A stretch of 64,000 nucleotides of DNA from Macrostomum hystrix (Eukaryota > Animalia > Platyhelminthes). The notes beneath the pieces were generated by a model. The model was not told the DNA's origin. It did not search any database and saw only the letters and a list, made by a program, of their open reading frames with translations. The position numbers were made by a program, and so were the translations under genes. The stretch is from assembly GCA_950097015.1 (NCBI GenBank), contig CATNEN010000038.1, positions 29,326,001-29,390,000 on the forward strand, read 5' to 3'. Below, in pieces: positions 12,701 through 23,100 of the stretch; position 1 is the first letter of the stretch; each line of letters begins with the position of its first letter.

Positions 12701-14165
12701 GCTTAGTTAATTTTGTATTCGCCGGTGTTTTCGTGTTCTTCCCCTATTCGGTGGAGAAGCTGTACGGTAGTAGGCTATTCCCTCAGGTTTACGGTCTGGT
12801 GTTTCTGTTTAAGGCGGTATCTGGCGCTTTTATCGCCGCCGTGACCACTGCTGGCCTAGGCCTGATTGGCTGGACTGGCATTCTTTTACTCACAGCTGTC
12901 ACATCGTGCGTTGGTGAGTGCGATCGCCGTTTCTTTTAACAGAAAAGTCTTATGGCATGAATGCATGTATGGTTAGGCCATAGACTAAAGTCTCACGAAA
13001 AACGAAATATTGCTTTTGTCGCGCTATGTGGAACAGTGGACATGCAAAACGGAACGGCCCATTGAATTCTATGGCCGAGCGTTTGAATTCACATGAGAAA
13101 GTAAGCTATAGACAACTCAAATTGTCATGCTATGTGGAACGATGAGCCAGAATAGAAGGAACGATTTTAGCTTTTATTTGCAGAAAGAATAAAAGCAAGC
13201 AGAAGCAGAATTGCATTCAAGTGAATCTTATTATAAGCCTGAAATTGAAGCATCAGTTACAAAATTTGAACCCCTAAAACAGATGTCGCTGCAAACACAA
13301 TCGAAACAATCGATTGCAGCGCAGCTTCCAGCCAGCGCACTTGTCAGCAGACTGCTTGACCAACAGCTTCAGTCGCCTCTTGTTCAAGTAGCATGAATCT
13401 CCACTGCTCAAGTAACACTCCTTCTGGTGGAACTTGCTCATCCTCAACTATGCCGGCTTCCGCCAAACGGTTTTTGAGATTTGACTTCAACGCAGAGTTA
13501 GTTAATTCGGTCGGGTTTAGAAATTGTGAATACGGGGGTAGGATTCGTGTCGTAATTCTGTCCCGATCGTTCTCTTGGATCTCCACATTACGATGAAAAT
13601 TTGGGACATCCATAAAAATTATCTAGTTTCCGGTATAGGGTCCAGTTGGTGGCAGCGGTCTGCTAGGTGGTCTAAAAATTATTGAAACCTTTGCTGCGTT
13701 TGGCCAAGAAAATGAAAGCGTGTTGTTGCCTGTGTGAAAAAATACAATCGTTACTTCTATTCTGGCTCATCGTTCCACATAGCATGACAATTTGAGTTGT
13801 CTTACTTTCTCATGGCTTACTTTCTCATGTGAATTCAAACGCTCGGCCATAGAATTCAATGGGCCGTTCCGTTTTGCATGTCCACTGTTCCACATAGCGC
13901 GACAAAAGCAATATTACACGTCCCATCGTGCGTTGGTGAGGGCTGTCGCTGTTCCTTATAACACAGAAATCCCATGGCATGAATACACGTACAATAGTTA
14001 GGCTATGCACTAAAGTTGCTCGAGAAATTACTACTCGCTGTACGAAAAGTTGTCCAGCGCGGCACAACGAAATTAAAACATGACAATGACAATGGCATTT
14101 CAGGTGGCCTGCTCATCCTGTTCTACAATACCGAAAGATGGAAGATTGCAATCGCGCTAGTTTAA
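9800..14165 (+). CDS. MFS transporter, oxalate:formate antiporter-like (5' exons outside the window)
   Basis: Phase-consistent GT-AG exons: 9800-10052, 10444-10570, 11022-11174, 11266-11622, 12172-12294, 12604-12913, 14104-14165 (TAA). Motifs GLAPYIVSR, GFGQGLAY, WTETRKGLVTG, KAYGETFISNDMLL, FNALGRLVAGFVIDR and YGLVFLF match invertebrate OFA-like MFS proteins; many hydrophobic helices. Confidence 0.88.
10144..10340 (+). mobile_element. tRNA-derived SINE, family B (CORE-like), degenerate
   Basis: A-box-like TAGCCTAATGG and B-box-like GTTTCGATTC, then GTGTCCCTTAGCGCGACACTTA...CCAGCTGTTAAAT, shared with the other family B copies. Confidence 0.6.
10684..10898. mobile_element. MITE (about 215 bp) with imperfect ~28-bp TIRs
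   Basis: Left end CTACGTTTCTTAGAAAAGGTTTTAGAGG vs reverse complement of the right end CTACGGTTCTTAGAAAACGTTTAGAAGG. TSD not clear. Confidence 0.6.
11867..12066 (-). mobile_element. tRNA-derived SINE, family B (CORE-like)
   Basis: Minus strand reads GGGTCGTAGCTAAGTGGTTAGAGGG (A box) ... TGCTTCAGCTCACCCAGCTGTTAAATGG. The 3' part matches 38030-38118 and 39541-39600. Confidence 0.7.
12366..12523. mobile_element. Degenerate GC-rich MITE remnant with short internal repeats (CTAGGGGGCGCCACTA)
   Basis: The right end GGCCCCGCCTAGCTACGCCCCT resembles CAGGGGCGTAGC-type MITE termini. The left terminus is decayed. Confidence 0.35.
13010..13911 (-). mobile_element. Internally deleted Tc1/IS630-like DNA transposon with ~160-bp TIRs
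   Basis: TTGCTTTTGTCGCGCTATGTGGAAC...GAACGATT (13010-~13166) is inverted at ~13747-13911, with TA flanks. The internal minus-strand remnant MDVPNFH...LPPYSQFLNPTE...ALK (13344-13613) matches the DDE_3 motif MDNA.FH...LPPYSP.LNPIE. Confidence 0.85.
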
Positions 14166-14578
14166 ACAGAGCTGTTAAAATAACTGAGCCAATCGATATA
14201 TAGCCAATATCTTGATCTGTGATGCCAAATCCTACCTTCTCTTTCACGCGGTGAAAAGGGCTACCTATTATCTTAATCTATATGTATACTTTTTCGTAAA
14301 AAGTGCAAAAACTGTTATTCTGATGATTAATTCAGACTGTCTTTACGCAACCCTTTTACGAAGTAGTTGTTGAAGCACATGTTCCAAGCAAAAGCGCAGT
14401 CAGCACTTAAATATACGAGCGTATTTTACGCGTAAACGATTTTGCATTATTCTGTGACATTTTAAAACCATCACTCGATCATGTTGCTTAAAATTGTGTT
14501 TTTAAAGTTGCTTACGTAAATATATGTATAGGCTTGAGGGCCCCGCAATTTAAGCCTATCAGGAACAAAGATCTAAAG

Positions 14579-15233
14579 CAGGGGTCGGCAAACTCCGGCC
14601 CGCGGGCCAGATGCGGCCCTGGAAGCTCCCGAATCCGGCCCGTTGCCCCTTCTGACATCTACAGTGTCCTGTTTCATCTCTCTCGTGTCTAATCTCTCCC
14701 GTGTCTCATCTCTCCAGTGTCTCATCTCTCCAGGGTCTTATCTCTTCCGTGTCTCATCTCTCCCGTGTCTCATCTCTCTCGTGTATCATCTCTTCCGTGT
14801 CTCATCTCTCCCGTGTCTCATCTCTCCCGTGTCTCATCTCTCCCGTGTCTCATCTCTCCAGGGTCTTATCTCCACTGTCTTATCTTACCCGTGTCTCATC
14901 TCTCCCGTGTCTCATCTCTCTCGTGTATCATCTTTCTGTGTCTCATCTCTCCTGTGTCTCATCTCTCCTGTGTCTCATCTCTCCTGTGTCTCATCTCTCT
15001 CGTGTATCATCTTTCTGTGTCTCATCTCTCCTGTGTCTCATCTCTCCGGTGTCTCATCTCTCCTGTGTCTCATCTCTCCGGTGTCTCATCTCTCCTGTGT
15101 CTCATCTCTCCGGTGTCTCATCTCTCCCGTGTCTCATCTCTCCCCTATCTCATATTTATACAGTCAATGCGGCCCGCTGTCGTCTTTTAGGTTCTCTCTT
15201 TGGCCCGCCAGCAAATAAGTTTGCCTACCCCTG
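14579..15233. mobile_element. hAT (Charlie-type) MITE with 8-bp TSD, carrying an internal minisatellite
   Basis: Termini CAGGGGTCGGCAAACT...AGTTTGCCTACCCCTG; exact TSD ATCTAAAG at 14571-14578 and 15234-15241; subterminal CGGCCCGCGGGCC motif. Confidence 0.92.
14670..15152. repeat. 16-bp minisatellite (CGTGTCTCATCTCTCC) inside the hAT MITE
   Basis: Direct 16-bp periodicity; explains the three overlapping repetitive ORFs at 14643-15234. Confidence 0.95.
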
Positions 15234-15390
15234 ATCTAAAGTAAAATCAGAATAATAAATCAGTACAGATATGTACAAACCTGCGTAAATGCGAATATGG
15301 ATAGTCATTTTTTAACACTAGTGTTTAGTAGCTGTCTAGCGGTGCTTAACAGTTGAACGACCACGGAGGGTATGTTCAATACTTAAAATA

Positions 15391-16736
15391 CGAGGTGCAT
15401 TCAAAAAGTTCTTTTCGGTCCTTTGGCATTGTTTTGTAAATGACACACAGATCAAAATTTTTTCGAATGCTGCAAGTTAAGTTTATGGCCTAAACCTTCC
15501 TGAGTTTTTAAGCCTTAGCTGGTGACTGTGTCTGAGCTACAAGCAATTTTTTAAGCTACCCTTCTATTTCTTGGCCATGGCAGAATCTTTTTCAAAGCAA
15601 GACGTTCGGAGCTTGATGAAGTTCCAATTCCTGCAAGGAAAGAAACCTCCGGAGATGTTTAGAGAGCTTCAGCAAGTGTTTGGTGACAGTGCACCAACTG
15701 AACAGACTGTTCGAAAGTGGTTCCGGTTGTTCGCTGAAGGCAGAGAGAGCGTCGAGGACAACGAACGCTCTGGAAGACCGATGACTGCCACCAACGAGAC
15801 CGTGGTGAAGAAAGTGCAGGAGCTCCTGGATGATGATCGGCGACTGACTTGCGAAGAGCTGTCAGAAGATGTCGGAGTGTCAGTTGGCAGTGTGCACACC
15901 ATTCTGACAGAGCGTCTCAACCTGCAGAAGAAATTCAGCAAGTGGGTGCCACACCTGCTGACAGGTGAGCAGACGATGCAACGTGCTCTGGCCGCCACCA
16001 ACCACCTGCGCCGTTTCCAGCGAGAAGGAGAGAATTTTCTTTCGAGATTCGTTGCCGGAGATGAAACATGGGTTTATAGCTGGGATCCGGAGACAAAGGC
16101 CCAGTCTGCTGAATGGCTTCCAGCCGATTCTCCAAGGCCTCAGAAGGCCATCAGGAAGCAGGGTGCATTGAAGATCATGCACGTCATGTTTTTTGATGTC
16201 CAGGGAATTCTGCTGAACTGGGCAGTCCCACATGGAACAACTGTGAATGGGGACTATTATAGATGGATTCTGCAAGAGAAGCTGCGCCCGGCGATTCGAA
16301 AGAAGCGCCCTGGTTTGCTGGAGTCTGGTGTGATCTTGCTGCATGACAATGCGCCGGCTCATCGCAAGCACAATGTTGTCGAACTCCTGAGCGGTTGGGG
16401 CTGGGAAGTGCTGCAACATCCGCCCTACTCGCCCGATTTGTCACCCTGTGACTTCTTCCTATTCCCATCTGTGAAGAAGCACCTTCGGGGCATTCGATTC
16501 GACAGCGTCGAGCACATCAAAGCTGCTTGCCAAGGTGCGGTGCGTGAAACGGACGCGAGAGGCGTGGGTACTGGAATCAGAGGTCTGGTGCATCGCTGGC
16601 AGAAGTGCAAGGACATTGGCGGTGAATATGTTGAGTGACCGAATGACATTGAATGACCTAAACATGTTTTCATTGTTCCATACGTTTTTTGTTAATTTTT
16701 GCTGAGCACCGAAAAGAACTTTTTGAATGCACCTCG
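15391..16736 (+). mobile_element. Full-length mariner transposon (1346 bp)
   Basis: Perfect 29-bp TIRs CGAGGTGCATTCAAAAAGTTCTTTTCGGT; TA TSD at 15389-15390 and 16737-16738; single intact transposase ORF. Confidence 0.97.
15577..16638 (+). CDS. Mariner DD34D transposase (353 aa)
   Basis: N-terminal HTHs with RSGRP, then WVPHLL, GDETWVY, LHDNAPAH and HPPYSPDLSPCDF. There are 34 residues between the second and third catalytic D. First ATG at 15577. Confidence 0.97.
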   Translation: MAESFSKQDVRSLMKFQFLQGKKPPEMFRELQQVFGDSAPTEQTVRKWFRLFAEGRESVEDNERSGRPMTATNETVVKKVQELLDDDRRLTCEELSEDVGVSVGSVHTILTERLNLQKKFSKWVPHLLTGEQTMQRALAATNHLRRFQREGENFLSRFVAGDETWVYSWDPETKAQSAEWLPADSPRPQKAIRKQGALKIMHVMFFDVQGILLNWAVPHGTTVNGDYYRWILQEKLRPAIRKKRPGLLESGVILLHDNAPAHRKHNVVELLSGWGWEVLQHPPYSPDLSPCDFFLFPSVKKHLRGIRFDSVEHIKAACQGAVRETDARGVGTGIRGLVHRWQKCKDIGGEYVE

Positions 16737-17163
16737 TATGTTCTGTATCAACTAAAATATTCAGTCTGCAGTGAGTATTTTAAATACCTCGTAGTCTTTC
16801 CTTGGTCCTTCTACTGTTTCTGGGTAAAACACTCCAGGTGAGAATCAAATATAACAATTTCATAGTTGTTCATAGTTGTTCATAGTTTTTATATTGGCGA
16901 AAGCACACGTTTTCTTGAGAAAAATAAATTAAACTTGTGTTCATTTTTATTTAAATAAGCGCAGAACTTTGCTAAGCCTGGAAAATACGAGTAAGAATGA
17001 AGCAAGGTGTTGCCTTCTAATTTTAGGTACTTATTTCTAGTTGAAGCATTTTGTACTATAGAAAAACCTATCCGCCAGATTGCTGACCATTGCAAAGTTA
17101 CTGTGTCTACTCATCTATGCATGTAATAAAAAATAGATCTGTATATTAAAAAAATTGACCCCG

Positions 17164-20100
17164 TCAAGCATTCGGATTGATTTCAGCATCTTTGCCCAGC
17201 AAGTTCATGAAGCTTCTTGACGATTCGGCCTTAATCTTTTCCGCGTATTTCCGAATTTCTTTCATGTGCTCTTTTAAAGCAGATCTTGAAATCTTGTAGC
17301 CCGGCCTCAGGTCGAGAAAGTTGGAGAGCATGTGGTCAAGAGGGTCCTCTTCTTCGATCTCTTCGGCGTCTATTTCCACCTGAAAATAGTAGAGACAATT
17401 AGCTTGCACTGTGTGCCAGAAGTTAAAATTGTTTTTTTGTCTGATTTGGCTATAGCATTGATGGATTTATAACAGGTGATCATTCACAACCACAAGGAAC
17501 CGTAAACAACTACATCCCAACCATAGACAACTACATACAACCATTGACAACGACATCCAACCATAGACAACTACATACAACCATTGACAACTACATCCAA
17601 ACATAGACATATATATACAACCATAGACATATATATACAACCATAGACATATATATACAACCATAGACATATATATACAACCATAGACATATATATACAA
17701 CCATAGACAACTACATCCAACAATAGACAACTACATACAACCATAGACATATATATACAACCATAGACATATATATACAACCATAGACAACTACATCCAA
17801 CAATAGACAACTACATACAACCATAGACAACTACATACAACCATTTCAACTACATCCAAACATAGACATATATATACAACCATAGACATATATATACAAC
17901 CATAGACATATACGAGTATATACAACCATAGACAACTACATCCAACAATAGACAACTACATACAACCATAGACAACTACATACAACCATTGTCAACTACA
18001 TCCAACAATAGACAACTACATACAACCATTGTCAACTACATCCAACAATAGACAACTACATACAACCATTGTCAACTACATCCAACAATAGACAACTACA
18101 TCCAACAATAGACAACTACATACAACCATAGACATCTACATAAAACCATAGACATCTACATAAAACCATAGACAACTACATCCAACAATAGACAACTGCA
18201 TACAACCATAGACATCTACATCCAACTAAATCCAACCATAGACATCTACATACAACCATAGACAACTACATCCAACAATAGACATCTACATACAACTACC
18301 CACCATACATCTCCACCACTCACATCCTCCATCTTGAGGCCGCAGTTCGGACAATACGCGCGCAGCCTGACCACACCGTTCTCATCCGTGTAATGCGCGC
18401 AAGGGGAGCAAATGCTGTTGTTGCAGGAGTCGCAGACAGTGAAAAATTGATTGAAGTTTGGTAGCGACATATTTCCCCGAACGCCACAGCGGGCGCAACG
18501 AATCGTTGGCAAATTAAACATCGATCTTAGATTTCCCGTCCAAGTAGCTAGGCTGGCCTTAACGGCAGCGTTAAACACGAACATCATGCTGCTGTTCTGT
18601 TGCTCCATTTGCGTCAGCTTTAATAAGTCGCGATTATTCGGTAGCAACCTACGATCTGCCTCAATCTGGCGACGCAGCCTGTGGGGACGTTCAATTATTC
18701 AATTGTTCAATAGGGAGTGACCAACATACTTGAAAGAGTGACACTGGGATAATAAACTGATTTGAAAGATTTGAAAGTTTCAAAATGGTTGTGACCAACG
18801 GGTTTGAAGGGTTGAAAATTGGTTTGACCAGTGAGCGACGGATTTCAAAGAGTTAACTTTTAAAAGTTCAGTAGACCAGCAGCAGTGACAATATCTTACC
18901 ACACAGCCCTCTGCACGGATCTCACAGGTTCCATTTCAAGCATGATGTGATGGCGCAGTTTCAGAAAGAAAGGACCAAACAGTGTGAATACTGTGTAGAT
19001 GGTCAGTAGACTGCCAATTAGAATATCGGCAGTCCAGTTTGGTTCAGAAGCTTTAGGTGAGCAGGCCAGTACGTTGATATCCAAGTTGATCTCGCGAAGG
19101 GCTTTCTAAGAAAATAAGAAATATTTCACGAACACTTTTAGCTTTCCAATCGTACTACATCGAACTAAACTGTATTAACTAACTAAATGAGGTTGTTGCC
19201 TAGTGATTAGAGCATTTTCGATTCCCAACTCCAGCGGAACAATTTTTTTCCTTTAGCAAGACCCTTAACTCTGCATTGCTTCAGTTCACCCAGCTGTTAA
19301 ATGGGTACCATGGACTGAACTGTCCATGGGGCAGGTGTAATCAATAACTAATTATTTAGCTCCTGCATTTAATCTAGCTGTCTCACCTGCATGTGAATCA
19401 TAATAGTTAGCAGCAGGGCCATTGGACTTTCTTTAGCAATGCCTTTTGCAGTCTTCATTGTTAGTCTAGTGTCAACGTTTCGTTCGATTTCAATGGCTTG
19501 ATTCCAGCGAGACTCCATAAAAGATGCCATAAAATAGAAAATCCAATTTAGCAGCATCACAATGACGAAGGGCAGCACGCGGAGGACTGTTATCAAGATG
19601 GTCGAACTGCCAAGTTGCCGAGCAACGTCGCGAATCATGCTCTCCGCCATAACGGATATTCGAGTTTTCTCGTACTGATCTAGCGGCAGGACTGGCGGCT
19701 CGAGCTCCTCCAGTCTTGGTGAGTGCATGAGTTCATGAGTGAGTGCATGAGTTCATGAGTGAGTGCATGCGTTCATGAGTGATTGCATGAGTTCATGAGT
19801 GAGTGCATGAGTTCATGAGTGAGTGCATGAGTTATGCATTTAGTTTTTACTTTATGAATCATTCATTACTTTAAGAATATATTCAATCTTACCTTAGAAA
19901 CGGAGCAGTGATGTAAATATTCTCAAAATCGTCTGACAGCATGTACGAGCGATAAAATTGTATAGAAAGTACCAGTGTAATTGAGAAAGCTATGAGCGAC
20001 AATGCCGAGCTGACATTTTTTATTACCAAGCTGGCTAAATTAAAAGTCTGCTTAATCTCCCTGGCCTTCTCGTCCACAGCCTTCCTCATGCTGGTCTTGA

Positions 20101-23100
20101 CGTCTGCCAACTTGTGCGCGAACCCGCCTGTCATTGTGACAGTGATATAAGATTCTGGGCTGAGTGCGTCACCAATGAGACGGAATACCGCCTTGACTTC
20201 GTTTATTTTAGGTAGAACTTTAGTTTGCCACCAATCGGTTAATTTCTTCTTCTTCTCTATGGTGGAAAGGAAAATGATATTTAGTAAAATTGTAGGCCTT
20301 TGGTTTAATAATGCTTGGCTGATATACTGACATTTTGTATGAAATAATTCATAAATTAGAGCAGGAATGATTGAGTATTTTACTAATAGAACTTTACTTT
20401 AGTTAGGGAGGGGGTTGAGTGGCAGAGCGGTTAACGCCTTTACCTCGCGTGCCAAGGTCCCTGAGCTCGATTCCGCGGCGAGGCCACATTCATTTGGGGC
20501 GAAGCCGCGGAGAGAAGGCTTGGGAGCTTGTCGTGCAATATATGCCATTGAGGGCCAACCTCCAAGGCACAGTGAGAGTCTACACTGCCTGACGATGAGA
20601 AAGTCAGGGCTGATATACACACCTGTGTGCGTGTGTGCTCAGAAGTCAGGGCAGAATGGACAGAATTGCATCCTCGCTGGTTGCGGGTCATTGCCCACAG
20701 CCCTCCAGCAGTTATTATTATTATTCTTATTATTAGATATTTACAAAGCAGAACCAAACCTCTGTAGATGTCTTTGGCCTTCCTCAGCAGCCGGCACACC
20801 CTAGTGCCAATTTCGTGGACGAAGAAACCAACAGTTGGCTTAGACAGAGGCGGGCTACCAGATGACGCACGCACCGAGTTTATTATGGACGCCATCATTT
20901 GGACTAAGCCGCCAAGGAGGCGTGTGCGTCGAAATTTTCTAGTAATTATTCGAATCAGCCTAAAACAGGAGCCTTGAAAGTTTATATTTGGTTTCAGTTT
21001 GCTCAACAATTTGCCGACATTCTTCAAAAAGCGCTTCAATGTGGCAATCAGCTTCTCCAGTGCCATATAGATTGAGTGCACTAGCCTGTATAATATCTCT
21101 GCCACTAGTTGTATGGCAAGGAGAAGTAGACGGAGCGGGATGATCAACAAGCCGATGAGATTCCTGCCTTTTAGAGACTTGACAATGCCGATGATATCAA
21201 AGAACTGTTCGTGCAGGCAAGCCTGTGCGAGGAGATGGGAAAGAGTTCCATTGTTATTGTTCAATTGGTTTAACAAAAACACAGTACGAGTGCAGCATGC
21301 GATCAGTAACATACTTGCTTCTTGACATGGAAGTGAAATTGCATTTTAAAGCCACAAAAAATCCTACGATTTAATATAGAAGTGTACTAAGGCTCACTAC
21401 GCTATGCACTTTTACGTCACAAATGACAATCATGGGATATTAGCGATGCAAAAGGCTCACTACGCTAGGCACTTCTAAGTCACAAATGACAATCATGGGA
21501 TGTTATAGATGCAAAAGGCTCACTACGCTAGGCACTTCTAAGTCACAAATGACAATCATGGGATGTTATAGATGCAAAAGGCTCACTACGCTAGGCACTT
21601 CTAAGTCACAAATGACAATCATGGGATGTTATAGATGCAAAAGGCTCACTACGCTAGGCACTTCTAAGTCACAAATGACAATCATGGGATGTTATAGATG
21701 CAAAAGGCTCACTATACGCTAGGCACTTCTAAGTCACAAATGACAATCATGGGATGTTATAGATGCAAAAGGCTCACTACGCTAGGCACTTCTAAGTCAC
21801 AAATGACAATCATGGGATGTTATAGATGCAAAAGGCTCACTACGCTAGGCACTTCTAAGTCACAAATGACAATCATGGGATGTTATAGATGCAAAAGGCT
21901 CACTACGCTAGGCACTTCTAAGTCACAAATGACAATCATGGGATGTTATAGATGCAAAAGGCTCACTACGCTAGGCACTTCTAAGTCACAAATGTGGAAT
22001 GACAGTGTGGAATCACAAGGTAGATGTGGAAGGCTTATTAAGCACATTTTGACGAACAAACTGCGCACGAGAAGCAATCGAGGAAAAATAGTTATGCGTC
22101 AGGCTCCCTACGCTAAATTTTTAAGTCGCACTACGCACGTTACTTATTAATTATTAAAAAATACTAATATTTAATGAGTGGCTTACCTTTGAGGCAGAGA
22201 TCGTATCGATATTGCTGCGCAGAGTGCTGATTGGACCAGCGCTCAGCAGCACCAGAGCAATTAGAAGAAGGGCACTTCTCAGATTGCCACTAGCCATTGA
22301 CGGAACCATCAGGAAGGTGACAACGCGGGTTGCTGGCGAAAATGACAGTAACAGGGTTAAAAAGGTGCTGATGACGCAGGTAGCAATGACGCGAACCCTT
22401 AAATCCAAGCCCATCAGGTAAGTTGCCAGTAGATAGAAGGCCAGGCTGATTACTAAAGATGTACCAAGACAACGGAGTGATTCTTTGGTCTTCTCCCAGC
22501 TCTGCATTAATAAAAATAACAAAAGTGAAAGTTTGGCATCTCAGAATGTTTCACATTGGGAAGACCATATGAGACTATTTCAAATACCCATGCAAGTTTT
22601 TCCGTAATAATAATAATAATAATAATTGCAGTAGGGCTGTGGGCAATGGCACATTATTTGGTGACAGTAGACCCGCAGCCAGCGGGGAGGTAATTCTACC
22701 CATTTCGTTGATTCCTGAGCACACACAACAACACAGATACTGTACACAGGCACACGCTCACACAGGTGTGTGTACATCTGCCCTAACTTTCTCATCGTCA
22801 GGCAGTGTACAATTTCACTGCGCCTTGGAGGTTGGCCCTCAAGTGTGTAAATTGCACGACAAGCCACCAAGCCTTCTCTCCGCGGCTGCGCCCCAAATAA
22901 ATGTGGCCTCGTCACGGAATCATCAAGCATAGAACATTGGTGCGAGAGGCTAACGCGTTAACCGCTTTTATTACTAATATTATCAATCACGATATAAACA
23001 TCCAGAACACGGGCTGAATTTGTTCGATGAAACAACTTCCATCGGAATCGTCGAGATATTTTTATCAAAATGGTGGGCTTTCACGAAAATCTGACATTCG

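Noticed and set aside
14643-15234. Repetitive ORFs here and at 17467-17810, 21486-22150, 31258-32807, 33336-33605, 34630-37175, 47717-48163 and 55612-56467
   Set aside because: All are translations of tandem repeats lying in introns, a MITE or intergenic DNA.
20410-20487. tRNA-like sequences with A and B boxes
   Set aside because: They are SINE heads followed by shared bodies and tails, with no intact cloverleaf.
20588-20608. CTGACGA-TGA-GAAA in the family A SINE resembling a hammerhead ribozyme core
   Set aside because: No stem II and no NUH site with a matching stem III; the motif sits in a simple CCTGAC/GTCAGG hairpin.
21390-21993. 63-bp period resembling a CRISPR repeat-spacer array
   Set aside because: Whole units are identical (no unique spacers), there are no cas genes, and the context is a eukaryotic intron.
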